64,000 nt of DNA from Gemmobacter nectariphilus (GTDB lineage: Bacteria; Pseudomonadota; Alphaproteobacteria; Rhodobacterales; Rhodobacteraceae). Shown piece by piece: positions 39,417 through 49,510 of the stretch (the first letter of the stretch is position 1; every line of letters starts with the position of its first letter). The notes beneath the pieces are model-generated. The model made no database searches, was not told the DNA's origin, and worked only from the letters and a program-made list of their open reading frames with translations. The stretch is taken from positions 138,085-202,084 of the forward strand of contig DYMU01000002.1 in assembly GCA_020721445.1 (NCBI GenBank). The letters run 5' to 3'. A program made the translations under genes and the position numbers.

Positions 39417-41488
39417 TGCGACACCAGTCCGACAATTGCGGGCCGCGCCTCAAGCCCGATTTCCTCATAGGACAGGACCGGGGCACTCAGGCCCTTGGCC
39501 GCCAGAACGGTGCGCACAAACCGCCGTCGCAGGGTGGAGGTGACAACCGCGGCCGTGACCCCGGTTTCGGCGGCGCGGTTCAGTTTTTCGGCCAGAAGAC
39601 CCGCAAGCCGGGCAAACTGATCAGGCGGCAGCGCCACGTCGCGATGCCCACGATCGCCATCTATCTGGTAGGTGACAAAGGTCTTTTCCCATTCCGGCGC
39701 GAGCTGGATCAGGGGAATCGTGCCGTCCTTGCGTTTCAGGTCGGCGACCAGCTGAAAGCCGATCCGCTGGCGGACATGTTCGCAAATCGCCTCGGACGAT
39801 GGCAAGCCGCGACCTTCGGCAATGGCTTCCAGGATCAGCGGCAGGTTGCGGATCGACACCCGCTCTTCCAGCAAAAGCCGCAGCACCGACAGCAACAGAT
39901 CAAGCGGCACCTTGTCGGGGATCATCTCGTCCAGCAGCTTGCGGTTGCCTGCGGCGCGGGCCGGGTCCGAGACGTTGACGAATTCATCCAGCAGCCGCCG
40001 CAACCCACGCAGCGACAACAGCCGCGCCAGGTTGCCGCGAATGGTTTCCAGCAGATGCGTCGCCAGCACCTCGGGCGGGGACACCACGGTCAGGCCGGCG
40101 ATCACGGCATCTTCCTGGAAATCGGGCCGGATCCAGCGGGCAGGGGTGCCATAGACCGGTTCACTGACATCCACACCGTCGGGGGCGGGCACGCCTTCGG
40201 TCAGCAACACAAGCGATCTGTCCGGCATCAGCCGATTGGTCACCCGTTCTACCCCCTGAATGCGGATACGGTAGCTGCCATTTGGCAAGGCGGGTTCGTC
40301 GGTCAGCCGGATTTCGGGCAGGATGACGCCATAGCTTGCGGCAATATGGTTGCGCATGTTGCCGATGCGCCCATCCAGCCCGGTGGCCGGATCAAGCACC
40401 ATGCTGACCAGATCCGGGGCAAACTCCAGATGGATTTCGTCGAAATCCAGCATGTCCCCCAAAGGCCGCTTGCGCAGGGGTTCGGGGGCGGCAAGGTCTG
40501 TCAACGGCGGCGAGGCCCCCCGCTGATGCACCCGCCACGCCAGGAACCCAAGGCCGGCCGAGGCCAGCATGAACGGCACGAACGGCATGCCGGGCACAAG
40601 GGCGAACAATGCCATCAGAACCGCAACCGTGCCCAATGCGCCGGGATAGCGGCCAAGCTGGGCAAAGAAGGACACGTCCGCCGTGCCCTTGGTGCCGCCG
40701 CGCGCCAGCAGCAAGGCTGCCGCGACCGAGATGATCACCGCCGGGATCTGGCTGACCAGACCATCGCCCACGGTCAGGATGGCATAGGTTTCAAACGCAA
40801 GGCCAATCGGCATGTCATGCATGAACACGCCAATCACCAGGCCCATGATGATGTTCAAAAGCGTGATCAGCAGGCCAGCCACGGCATCGCCCTTGACGAA
40901 TTTTGATGCCCCGTCAAGCGAGCCGAAAAAATTGGTCTCGGCCAGTTCGCGCTCCCGGCGTTCCTTGGCCTCGGTGTGGTCAATTGCGCCGGCGGCCATG
41001 TCGGCGTCAATGGCAAGCTGGCGTCCGGGCATTCCGTCCAGCGCGAAGCGCGCCCCCACCTCGGCCATCCGCCCGGCGCCTTTGGTGATGACCATGAAGT
41101 TCACGATCAGCAGCACGCAGAAAATGACGACGCCCAGCAAGACGTTGCCACCCATGATGAAACTGGCAAAGCCTTCGATCACCGCCCCTGCCGCCCCGGT
41201 GCCGGTATGGCCTTCGCCGATGATCAGCTTTGTCGACGACACGTTCAACGAAAGCCGCAGCATCAGCGAGGCCAGAAGGATGGTTGGAAAGGCCGAAAAA
41301 TCCAGGGGCCGTTCGATGAACAGCGTCACCGTCAGCATCAGGATGGCCAGGGCGAAGGATAGGGCAAGGCCGATGTCCAGCATCCAGGCAGGCACCGGCA
41401 GCACCATCATGACGATGACCGCCATCAGGGCAAGTGCCAGCAGGATGGTCGGTTGAAACAGGTGTGACAGGCGAAAAACGGGTTTCAT
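39413..41488 (-). CDS. flhA: flagellar export apparatus protein FlhA
   Basis: 691 aa; FHIPxx-type N-terminal TM region, GAGRMAEVGARFALDGMPGRQLAIDAD, and FFGSLDGASKFVKGDAVAG. Confidence 0.95.
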   Translation of the reverse strand: MKPVFRLSHLFQPTILLALALMAVIVMMVLPVPAWMLDIGLALSFALAILMLTVTLFIERPLDFSAFPTILLASLMLRLSLNVSSTKLIIGEGHTGTGAAGAVIEGFASFIMGGNVLLGVVIFCVLLIVNFMVITKGAGRMAEVGARFALDGMPGRQLAIDADMAAGAIDHTEAKERRERELAETNFFGSLDGASKFVKGDAVAGLLITLLNIIMGLVIGVFMHDMPIGLAFETYAILTVGDGLVSQIPAVIISVAAALLLARGGTKGTADVSFFAQLGRYPGALGTVAVLMALFALVPGMPFVPFMLASAGLGFLAWRVHQRGASPPLTDLAAPEPLRKRPLGDMLDFDEIHLEFAPDLVSMVLDPATGLDGRIGNMRNHIAASYGVILPEIRLTDEPALPNGSYRIRIQGVERVTNRLMPDRSLVLLTEGVPAPDGVDVSEPVYGTPARWIRPDFQEDAVIAGLTVVSPPEVLATHLLETIRGNLARLLSLRGLRRLLDEFVNVSDPARAAGNRKLLDEMIPDKVPLDLLLSVLRLLLEERVSIRNLPLILEAIAEGRGLPSSEAICEHVRQRIGFQLVADLKRKDGTIPLIQLAPEWEKTFVTYQIDGDRGHRDVALPPDQFARLAGLLAEKLNRAAETGVTAAVVTSTLRRRFVRTVLAAKGLSAPVLSYEEIGLEARPAIVGLVSQ

Positions 41489-41495
41489 TCCGGGC

Positions 41496-42206
41496 CTATC
41501 GGAACAGGGGAAGGACAGCAGCGGTGCTGTCGGTGGCGACCAGTGACCCGAACCGCCGCCCGGTGCCGCCGCGCAGCAGTGGAAAGCGGTTGTCGCGGGG
41601 GGTGGGGTCGGTCTGCGCCATGTCGATGGGCGGCCCTGGCGAGGGTGCGACGGGCGGTGCGTCCAGCATCACGGCCACTTTCGCAAGATAGCGGTCCGCC
41701 AATGCCGGTGTGGCCGAGTGATAGGCGCCGATTGCGCCCGCCCATGTGCCATGTTCGGCGTGCAATCTTGACAAGAAGCGCGCGGCATAAAGGGCGTTCC
41801 GGTCAGGATCGAGCATGTCTTGCGGCCCGGCAAATGCGCTGCCGTGCCAGCGAAGATTGACCTGAAAGCAGCCGATATCCATGTTGCGCGATCCGGCCGC
41901 CACTGCGGTTCGGATAAATTCTGCCGCCGCAGTTTCGGTTGGGAAATACGCCCCTTCGCCCTTAAAATTGACGGTCCAGGGCCAGGGCGAAAACCGGCCG
42001 TCGCTGCTGCGCCCGGTTTCTAAGCGGCTGATCGCCAAAAGCACCTTGGCCGGAACGTCCGTGGCCGCAGCGGCGGCAAACGCCGCACGATCACAAAGCC
42101 CCGCATCGCCCGATCTGGTCTGGCCCAGGGCCAATGACCCGCCAAACGCACCTGCAAGCGCACCCGCACCCAGCGTATATCCCAAAACCATCAGATATCG
42201 AGTCAT
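41496..42206 (-). CDS. lytic transglycosylase (SLT domain), flagellar-cluster associated
   Basis: Start set at ATG 42206 (MTRYLMVLGYTLGAGALAG, signal/TM). LLAISRLETGR (catalytic Glu context), PWPWTVNF and DIGCFQVNLRWH. Confidence 0.8.
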   Translation of the reverse strand: MTRYLMVLGYTLGAGALAGAFGGSLALGQTRSGDAGLCDRAAFAAAAATDVPAKVLLAISRLETGRSSDGRFSPWPWTVNFKGEGAYFPTETAAAEFIRTAVAAGSRNMDIGCFQVNLRWHGSAFAGPQDMLDPDRNALYAARFLSRLHAEHGTWAGAIGAYHSATPALADRYLAKVAVMLDAPPVAPSPGPPIDMAQTDPTPRDNRFPLLRGGTGRRFGSLVATDSTAAVLPLFR

Positions 42207-42377
42207 GGGATTCACCCGCCTGTCTGCCTGCGGCTTCTCCGCCGGCTTTTGGCAGGCTAGCGGGCGAATCTTTCCAAAACGGTAATGCGCGTCGGCCCGG
42301 AACCGGGCTTGACCCTGCAAGTGGCATCGTTACCGTGCCGCAAAAGGGGATATCCCCGGATCGGACGGAGCAGACCA

Positions 42378-42623
42378 ATGACCCAACGCCTTCACCTTGT
42401 CTTTGGTGGCGAACTCGTGGACCCCTCAAAATCGACCTTCAAGGACGTGAACGACATCCACATCGTTGGCATGTTCGCCGATTACGAGGCTGCCCACAAA
42501 GCCTGGAAGGCCGAGGCGCATCGCACGGTCGACAACGCGCACATGCGCTATTTCATCGCGCATATCCACCGGTTGCGTGACGAAGAACAGGCGGCGTCTG
42601 CAACCGAAGAACTGGGTCTGTGA
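42378..42623 (+). CDS. DUF4170-like small protein
   Basis: Start set at ATG 42378 (MTQRLHLVFGGELVDP...), with GGAG upstream; 81 aa. Positioned before waaA-lpxK, as I recall for DUF4170 in alphaproteobacteria. Confidence 0.7.
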   Translation: MTQRLHLVFGGELVDPSKSTFKDVNDIHIVGMFADYEAAHKAWKAEAHRTVDNAHMRYFIAHIHRLRDEEQAASATEELGL

Positions 42624-42636
42624 AACGGCGGCCGAC

Positions 42637-43833
42637 ATGGTCCAGTCGCTGGGCTTGACGCTTTACAATTTGCGCCCCCGAAAGGATGCGCCCCGGCCGT
42701 CCCTCTGGCCCGAGCGGCCTGCCGGGCGGTTGATCTGGATGCACGCCCCATCGCCCGAGGCATCGCGGGCCTTGCAAGCGCTGTGTTTGCGGGTCACATC
42801 CGAAGCGGGAACCAGTGTTCTGGTGACCTGCCCTGAAGGCGTGGCGCTGCGCGGGGCCTGCCTGTGTGTTTCGCCGCCCGACGACACCCCGCAGGATGTG
42901 CGGGCCCTTCTGGACCATTGGCAGCCAGAGGTGGTGGTTTTTTCGGATGGCGAGTTGCGACCCGCCCTGCTGCATGCCGCAAGCCAACGGGGGGTTCCGG
43001 TGCTGATGGTGGACGGGCGGACCCCGCATGTCTTGCGCACCCGCGAAGGCTGGTACCCGGGCCTGACCCGCGCCGCCCTGCAAAGCTTTCGCGCGATCTT
43101 TTGCATTGATGAGCCTTCGGCGCGGGCGTTTCGCAAGGCCGGGGCCTTGCTGTCGCGCGTGGAAGTGACGGGCCGGATGGAGGAGGAAAGTGCCGCGCTG
43201 CCCTGCCTTGAGGCGGAACGCGCAGCCTTGGCCAAACTGCTGGCAACACGGCCGGTCTGGCTGGCGGCGGGTCTGCCCGAGGCCGAGGAAAGCGTGGTGA
43301 TCGCCGCGCATCGTACGGTGCAAAGCCAGTCGCACCGGCTGCTGTTGATCATTGCGCCAGAAGATCCGGCGCGGGCGGCACCGCTTGCGGCGCGGCTTGC
43401 CGAAGATGAGGGCTGGGTGGTGGCGCAGCGGGCCGCAGATCAGGAACCCGAGGCCGATGTCGAGGTTTATGTGGCAGATGGCACGGCGGAGCTGGGCCTG
43501 TGGTATCGCCTTGCACCGATTACCTTTCTTGGTGGCAGTCTTGCCGGGCAGGGCTGCACCCGCAACCCGATGGAACCTGCGGCCCTGGGCTCGGCGATCC
43601 TTTATGGCTCGCGTTCCGGCGGGTTTGGTCAAACGTTTGGCAGGTTGGGGGCTGCGCGTGCGGCCTGTGCCGTATCGGATGCGACCGATCTGAGCGGGGC
43701 CTTGTCGGATCTGCTGTCACCCGAACGCGCGGCGCGGCTTGCACAGGCCGCCTGGACCGTGGCGTCTGATGGGGCCGAGGTGACAGAACGGGTCTTGGCA
43801 CAGATCCAGCAAATCCGTGCGGGGGAACGCTGA
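42637..43833 (+). CDS. waaA: 3-deoxy-D-manno-octulosonic acid (Kdo) transferase
   Basis: Start set at ATG 42637; 398 aa. [12 protein letters not shown]-terminal block and C-terminal GGSL...[19 protein letters not shown]. Followed by lpxK. Confidence 0.88.
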   Translation: MVQSLGLTLYNLRPRKDAPRPSLWPERPAGRLIWMHAPSPEASRALQALCLRVTSEAGTSVLVTCPEGVALRGACLCVSPPDDTPQDVRALLDHWQPEVVVFSDGELRPALLHAASQRGVPVLMVDGRTPHVLRTREGWYPGLTRAALQSFRAIFCIDEPSARAFRKAGALLSRVEVTGRMEEESAALPCLEAERAALAKLLATRPVWLAAGLPEAEESVVIAAHRTVQSQSHRLLLIIAPEDPARAAPLAARLAEDEGWVVAQRAADQEPEADVEVYVADGTAELGLWYRLAPITFLGGSLAGQGCTRNPMEPAALGSAILYGSRSGGFGQTFGRLGAARAACAVSDATDLSGALSDLLSPERAARLAQAAWTVASDGAEVTERVLAQIQQIRAGER

Positions 43834-44822
43834 TGCGCCCGCCCGCATTCTGGCAGGGTCGGCCCGGATGGGCCGCGCGGCTGTTGCAGCCCTTGGGCGC
43901 GCTTTACGCCCTTGGCACCGCGCGACGGGTGGCGCGTCCGGGGTATCGGGCCACGGTTCCGGTGTTGTGTGTCGGCAATCTGAACGTCGGGGGCACCGGC
44001 AAGACGCCGACCGTCATCGCCCTGCTGCCGCGGCTTGCAGGCGCGCATGTGGTGTCTCGCGGCTATGGTGGCAGCTACGAGGGGCCGGTGCAGGTGGACC
44101 CCTTGCGCCACACGGCAGCACAAGTGGGAGATGAACCATTGCTGCTGGCCGCCTTTGCGCCGACATGGGTGGCATGGGATCGGGCGGCGGGGGTTCGTGC
44201 GGCCGAGGCGGCCGGGGCCAAGGTGATCGTGCTGGATGACGGCTTTCAGAACCCCGGCGTGGTAAAGGATCTGTCCATCGTCGTTGTCGATGCGGCGCAG
44301 GGCTTTGGCAATGGCCTGTGCCTGCCGGCCGGGCCGCTGCGCGAGCCGGTGGCCAAGGGCTTGGCGCGGGCGGATTTCGTTTTGTCGATCGGGTCGCCAG
44401 AAGCTCAGAAAGCCTTTGCCCGGCAATGGTCTGCGCAGATTGCGGTGCCGCTGCTGACGGGTCGGTTGCAACCGGTGCAAATGGGGATGGATTGGTGGGG
44501 CCTGCGGGTGATGGCCTTTGCCGGCATCGGCAACCCGGAAAAGTTCTTTGCGACCCTGCGGGCGATCGGCGCCGATGTGGTAAAGTCAGTGGCTCTGGAC
44601 GATCACCAACCGATTTCCGAAATCCTGCTGAACCGGCTGGAGGCCGAAGCCGCAAACATCGGCGCGCAATTGGTGACCACCGAAAAGGATCAGGTCCGTC
44701 TGCCCGAGGCGCATCGCCGCCGGGTTCTGGCCATGGTCGTGCGGTTGCAGATCGACGATCCCTCACCGCTGGACGCGGCTTTGGCGCGGCTTATGGCGCG
44801 GGGGCGGTCAGCCAAGCTCTGA
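43833..44822 (+). CDS. lpxK: tetraacyldisaccharide 4'-kinase
   Basis: [18 protein letters not shown]-loop and [12 protein letters not shown]-type overlap with the waaA stop. Confidence 0.9.
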   Translation: MRPPAFWQGRPGWAARLLQPLGALYALGTARRVARPGYRATVPVLCVGNLNVGGTGKTPTVIALLPRLAGAHVVSRGYGGSYEGPVQVDPLRHTAAQVGDEPLLLAAFAPTWVAWDRAAGVRAAEAAGAKVIVLDDGFQNPGVVKDLSIVVVDAAQGFGNGLCLPAGPLREPVAKGLARADFVLSIGSPEAQKAFARQWSAQIAVPLLTGRLQPVQMGMDWWGLRVMAFAGIGNPEKFFATLRAIGADVVKSVALDDHQPISEILLNRLEAEAANIGAQLVTTEKDQVRLPEAHRRRVLAMVVRLQIDDPSPLDAALARLMARGRSAKL

Positions 44823-45932
44823 CTGATGTTCGCCCAGCTTTGGTGCAGGCAGGTCCAGCGCCAGATCGGCATCCGAGAACCGGAACGGCGAGCGCACGCC
44901 CGGCACGCCCCCCGGCGCGATCTGCATGCCGCGCGCCACGATCTGCGGGTCGGCAAAGACCTCGGCCAGATCATTGATCGGCCCGGCCGGCACGCCTGCG
45001 GCCTCACACGCGGCCAGCAGGTCGGTCTTGGCCCAGGCCATCGTTGCCGCTGTCAATCGCGTGGTCAGGCTGGCGCGGTTGGCCACGCGGTCGGCGTTGG
45101 TCAGATAGCACGGGTCGGTTGCCATGTCGGGAAGGCCCAGAACCGCGCAAAGCCGCTGATATTGCGCATCATTCCCGGTGGCAAGGATCACCCAGCCATC
45201 GGCGCAGTCAAACACCGCGTAGGGCGCAAGGTTTGGGTGGGCATTGCCCATCTTCTGCGGCGCCAGCCCGGTGGCCAGATAGTTCATCGCCTGATTGGCC
45301 ATGATGCCGGTGGCCACATCCATCAGCGCCATGTCGATGTGCTGGCCCGTGCCGGTTTGCGTGCGCTGGTGCAAGGCTGCCAGAATGGCGGTCGCGGCAT
45401 AGACGCCGGTGAAGATATCGGTCACCGCGACGCCCACCTTCTGCGGCTGACCTTCGGCGTCGCCGGTCACGCTCATCAACCCGGCCATGCCCTGAATGAT
45501 GAAGTCATACCCCGCCCGATGTGCATAGGGCCCGTCCTGCCCGAAGCCGGTGATCGAGCAATAGATCAGCCGGGGGTTCAGCTTGTGCAGGCTGGCATAG
45601 TCCAGCCCGTATTTCGCCAGCCCGCCGACCTTGAAGTTTTCAATCACCACGTCGGCATCGGCCACCAGCCGCCGCACAGCCTGTTGCCCCTCGGGCGTGC
45701 GAAAATCGAACACCACCGACCGTTTGCCGCGATTGGCGGCGTGGAAGTAGGCGGCTGACCGATCTTCCCCCCGATCCAGAAACGGTGGGCCCCAGCGGCG
45801 GGTATCGTCGCCCTCGGGTGCCTCGACCTTTACCACATCGGCCCCCAGATCGGCCAAGGTCTGCCCCGCCCATGGCCCGGCAAGGATCCGGGCCAGCTCG
45901 ACAACCTTTACGCCAGCCAACGGGGCAGGCAT
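44808..45932 (-). CDS. CaiB/BaiF family III CoA-transferase
   Basis: [38 protein letters not shown]-terminus and the ...NRGKRSV... block. Confidence 0.9.
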   Translation of the reverse strand: MPAPLAGVKVVELARILAGPWAGQTLADLGADVVKVEAPEGDDTRRWGPPFLDRGEDRSAAYFHAANRGKRSVVFDFRTPEGQQAVRRLVADADVVIENFKVGGLAKYGLDYASLHKLNPRLIYCSITGFGQDGPYAHRAGYDFIIQGMAGLMSVTGDAEGQPQKVGVAVTDIFTGVYAATAILAALHQRTQTGTGQHIDMALMDVATGIMANQAMNYLATGLAPQKMGNAHPNLAPYAVFDCADGWVILATGNDAQYQRLCAVLGLPDMATDPCYLTNADRVANRASLTTRLTAATMAWAKTDLLAACEAAGVPAGPINDLAEVFADPQIVARGMQIAPGGVPGVRSPFRFSDADLALDLPAPKLGEHQSELG

Positions 45933-46610
45933 TTACTTGGCAAGCTCGGCGTCGATGATGGCCTTCAGATCGGCGTAGGACATGTTGGAATGTTTGGTGC
46001 CGTTGATCACCAGCGATGGCGTGCCCTGAATGTCGTGTTCGCGCATCGACGCTTCAAACCGGTCCACCATTGCTTGCGCGGTGGCACCATCGTTCAGGCA
46101 GGCCTCAAGCTGGGCGTCGTCCATTCCGGCGGTGCGACCGATCTTTTTCAGGTTGCCAACCACCACATTGGGATCATTCGATCCTGCCCAGTCCTGCATG
46201 GTGTCGAACAGGATCGACTGCACCCCGAAATACTTCATCTCGCCACCGCAGCGCGCCACCATTGACGCCCACAGACCATAGCGGTCGAAATAGACCTCGC
46301 GATAGACGAATTGCACCTTGCCGGTGTCGATGTAGTCCTTCTTCAGCGGCTTGAAGACCTGCGTGTGGAAGGTGGCGCAATGCGGGCAGGTGTAGGACGC
46401 ATATTCAATGACGGTCACCTTGGCATCGACCGGGCCAAGCGTCATGTCCTTGACCTCGGCGGCTGCGGTCGGGGTGGCCGTTTCCTGTGCGTTGGCCGAA
46501 GGCACGGGCAGCAGTGACTGCGTGGTCTGCTGCGGCGCAAAGGCCCAAAGGCCAAGGCCGGCCACGGCGATCACCGCCACGGCGGCCAAAGAGGTTTTCA
46601 TCGACATCAT
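45933..46610 (-). CDS. DsbA-family thiol:disulfide oxidoreductase (secreted)
   Basis: Signal peptide. CPHC active site (YASYTCPHCATFH). Confidence 0.85.
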   Translation of the reverse strand: MMSMKTSLAAVAVIAVAGLGLWAFAPQQTTQSLLPVPSANAQETATPTAAAEVKDMTLGPVDAKVTVIEYASYTCPHCATFHTQVFKPLKKDYIDTGKVQFVYREVYFDRYGLWASMVARCGGEMKYFGVQSILFDTMQDWAGSNDPNVVVGNLKKIGRTAGMDDAQLEACLNDGATAQAMVDRFEASMREHDIQGTPSLVINGTKHSNMSYADLKAIIDAELAK

Positions 46611-47146
46611 TGCTTACCTTCTGTCGTCTTGCGACGGTTTAGGATGTTTTCGGCCAGGGTTTCAAGGGCGGCCCGCAGGCCGGGGTCATGGATCGGCGCG
46701 GCTGTCTGGCTGGCGATGGCCCTGATCGCCGGATCAAGCGCGGGTTCGGTCTTTGGGGCGGGGGCAAACTCGGCCTGACCTTCGGCAAAGCCGATGGGTG
46801 CTGTCTGCGTGATCAAAATGCGCGAAATCGCGTTATAGCCATAGACCGCGTTGACCTTGGCCCGGATCATCTCTTTTTGCATCTCGATCATCGGGGCCAT
46901 CGGTCCGGTGGTCAGCAGCATCAGGCTGCCGCCAAAGCCTTCGCGGCCATAGCCCACCTTGACCGGGCGGGTGCAGCGGGCAAGCTCTTCGCCCACCACC
47001 TCGGCCCAATGCGTCAGCAGTCTGGCCACGGCAAAGCCACGCGATTCCCCGGCGGCGCGAACCGGGTCTTTCATCAGGCCAAAGGCGGGTTCAAACCCGC
47101 GCATCCGGCGCGATGGAGGGGACGATTTGGCAGGGCTACGGGCCAT
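46607..47146 (-). CDS. DUF721 / DciA-like protein
   Basis: 179 aa. ...RGFAVARLLTHWAEVVGEELARCTRPVKV... resembles the DUF721 core. Location next to mutY, as in other alphaproteobacteria (from memory). Confidence 0.7.
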   Translation of the reverse strand: MARSPAKSSPPSRRMRGFEPAFGLMKDPVRAAGESRGFAVARLLTHWAEVVGEELARCTRPVKVGYGREGFGGSLMLLTTGPMAPMIEMQKEMIRAKVNAVYGYNAISRILITQTAPIGFAEGQAEFAPAPKTEPALDPAIRAIASQTAAPIHDPGLRAALETLAENILNRRKTTEGKQ

Positions 47147-47227
47147 CTGGTATCCTGTGATCTTGCCGCTATCTTAACCCAGAGGGGCCGCACCGCCAGA
47201 GGCAAGGCGGCAAAGGGGGCATAAAGA

Positions 47228-48277
47228 TTGCGTGACGAAGGGTTAAGCGATGCGCTGCTGGCATGGTATGATCGCCACGCCCGTGAGATGCCATGGCGCA
47301 CGTCACCACTAGATCGTGCGTTTGGCGTGGTGCCTGACCCCTATCGGGTGTGGCTGTCCGAGGTGATGCTGCAACAAACCACCGTTGCAGCGGTGAAGGA
47401 CTACTTCCACCGCTTTACCGCGCGTTGGCCGCGGGTGGCCGATCTGGCTGCGGCGCGCGACGAAGAGGTGATGGCCGAATGGGCCGGGCTTGGCTACTAT
47501 GCCCGGGCGCGCAACCTGTTGCGATGTGCGCGGGCCGTGGTGGCTGACCATGGCGGGCGGTTTCCTTCCACGCGCGATGGCCTGCTGACCTTGCCCGGCA
47601 TCGGCCCCTATACCGCCAGTGCCGTGGCCGCGATCGCCTATGATGAACCGGCCACCGTGGTCGATGGCAATGTCGAGCGGGTGATGGCGCGCATGTTCGC
47701 GGTGCAGACCCCGCTGCCCGCCGCCAAGGCGGAACTGACCGCGCATGCCGCCCGGCTGACCCCGATGCAGCGGCCCGGCGACCATGCCCAGGCGGTGATG
47801 GACCTTGGTGCCACGATCTGCACACCGCGCAACCCGGCCTGCGGGCTGTGCCCATGGTCCGCCCCCTGCCAGGCGCGCGCTGCTGGCATCCAGCCCGCGC
47901 TGCCGCGCAAGACGCCCAAGCCGGAAAAGCCCACGCGCCGCGGCACGGTCTGGATCGCCCGGCAGGGTGATCATGTGCTGGTCGAACGCCGCCCGGACCG
48001 CGGTTTGCTGGGCGGGATGCTGGGCTTTCCCGGCGATGGCTGGGACGGTGCAGGCGGCCCGGCCCCGGCCGAGGCGGACTGGCAAGAGGTGGGCGAAGTG
48101 CGCCATACATTCACCCATTTCCACCTGTATCTGACGCTGCGCGTGGCCGAGCTTTCCACTACGGCAACCGTCACGCGCGGCACCCTGATCCGCCGCGCCG
48201 ATTTTCGCCCCGCCGATCTGCCAACGGTGATGCGAAAGGCCTGGAACATCGCGTCGGGCAGCGTAATGCCGGGCTGA
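47228..48277 (+). CDS. mutY: A/G-specific adenine DNA glycosylase MutY
   Basis: LLAWYDRHAREMPWR and WLSEVMLQQTTV. [4Fe-4S] cluster loop CTPRNPACGLCPWSAPC. Apparent TTG start at 47228, because the conserved N-terminal block precedes the first ATG. Confidence 0.92.
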   Translation: MRDEGLSDALLAWYDRHAREMPWRTSPLDRAFGVVPDPYRVWLSEVMLQQTTVAAVKDYFHRFTARWPRVADLAAARDEEVMAEWAGLGYYARARNLLRCARAVVADHGGRFPSTRDGLLTLPGIGPYTASAVAAIAYDEPATVVDGNVERVMARMFAVQTPLPAAKAELTAHAARLTPMQRPGDHAQAVMDLGATICTPRNPACGLCPWSAPCQARAAGIQPALPRKTPKPEKPTRRGTVWIARQGDHVLVERRPDRGLLGGMLGFPGDGWDGAGGPAPAEADWQEVGEVRHTFTHFHLYLTLRVAELSTTATVTRGTLIRRADFRPADLPTVMRKAWNIASGSVMPG

Positions 48278-48303
48278 AACATGCGCGTGCCACCATTGGA
48301 TTT

Positions 48304-49467
48304 ATGAAGGGAAGCATAGGTCTTGCCATGACGACGATACCCGCCGATCAGGTGATCCGCCTGAAAAACGCGCTGCCGTTCTGGCTGTCGCTGGGGATGA
48401 TCCCATTGGCCGTGACCGGGGCAATGCAGGGCGGCTGGACCGTGCTGCTGTTGCCGCTGTGTTCCTGGGGCCTGTTCGCGATCCTTGACGCACTGACCGG
48501 TCTGAACCGCGACAACGCCGATCCAAAAACGCCGGCAGGTCAGCTGGTCTGGCATCACCTGATCACATTGATCTGGTTCCCGATCCAGTTCACGCTGCTG
48601 TATGGGCTGATCTGGTATATGCCACAGGCCGCGCATCTGGGCCTGGCCGAAAAGATCGCGCTGTTTTTTGGCATGGGGGTGGTGTCGGGCACCATCGGGA
48701 TCAACTACAGCCATGAGCTGATGCACCAGAAAGACCGGCTGGACCGCTGGCTGGCTGATTTGCTGCTGGCGATGGTGCTGTATTCACACTTCCGCAGTGC
48801 GCATCTGCGGGTGCATCACCTTTACGTCGGCACCCCGCGTGACCCGGTGACAGCGCGCTACAACGAAGGGTTCCACCGCTTTTTCGTCCGCGTGCTGATC
48901 GACGGTCGCCGGTCTGCCTGGAAGGCAGAGCTGGCAATGCTGGCCCGGCGCGGCCTGCCCTGGTATCATCCGACCAACCCCTATTGGCGCTATTGGGCGT
49001 TGCAAGCGGCGATGCTGGGTCTGGCCTTGGCGCTTGGCGGTTGGCAAGGGCTGGCGCTGTTCTTGTGGCAGGCGGTGGTGGCGATCTGGCAGCTTGAGCT
49101 GGTCAATTACATTGAACACTACGGTCTGACCCGCCGCCATCTGGGCGAGGGAAAATATGAACACGTTCTGCCGCGCCATTCCTGGAACGCATCCCACCGG
49201 GCGTCAAACTGGCTGCTGATCAACCTGCAATGCCACTCGGACCACCACAGCAAACCCGACCGCCGCTTTCCCCTGCTGCAAAGCCATGACGCGTCCGAGG
49301 CGCCGCAACTGCCGCAAAGCTATCCGGTGATGACCGCAATCGCGATGGTCCCGCCGCTATGGCGCCGGATCATGAACCGCCGGGTGCGCGCCTGGCGCAA
49401 ACATTTCTATCCCGACATCACCGACTGGCAGCCCTATACCAAGGCCATCAATCCGCCACCACGTTGA
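48304..49467 (+). CDS. AlkB-like membrane hydroxylase / fatty-acid desaturase family protein
   Basis: His boxes HELMHQK, HLRVHH, NYIEHYGL and HSDHH in a polytopic membrane protein. The start could be ATG 48328. Confidence 0.8.
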   Translation: MKGSIGLAMTTIPADQVIRLKNALPFWLSLGMIPLAVTGAMQGGWTVLLLPLCSWGLFAILDALTGLNRDNADPKTPAGQLVWHHLITLIWFPIQFTLLYGLIWYMPQAAHLGLAEKIALFFGMGVVSGTIGINYSHELMHQKDRLDRWLADLLLAMVLYSHFRSAHLRVHHLYVGTPRDPVTARYNEGFHRFFVRVLIDGRRSAWKAELAMLARRGLPWYHPTNPYWRYWALQAAMLGLALALGGWQGLALFLWQAVVAIWQLELVNYIEHYGLTRRHLGEGKYEHVLPRHSWNASHRASNWLLINLQCHSDHHSKPDRRFPLLQSHDASEAPQLPQSYPVMTAIAMVPPLWRRIMNRRVRAWRKHFYPDITDWQPYTKAINPPPR

Positions 49468-49510
49468 TCCCGGTGATCTGGCAGAGCGGCTGCGCCGCAC
49501 GCTTGTCTTT

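Noticed and set aside
39644-40906. A 420-aa plus-strand ORF inside flhA. The same reasoning applies to the many 60-300 aa ORFs in the track that overlap called genes.
   Set aside because: They are antisense or out of frame relative to genes with clear homology, and their translations are low-complexity. None was called.
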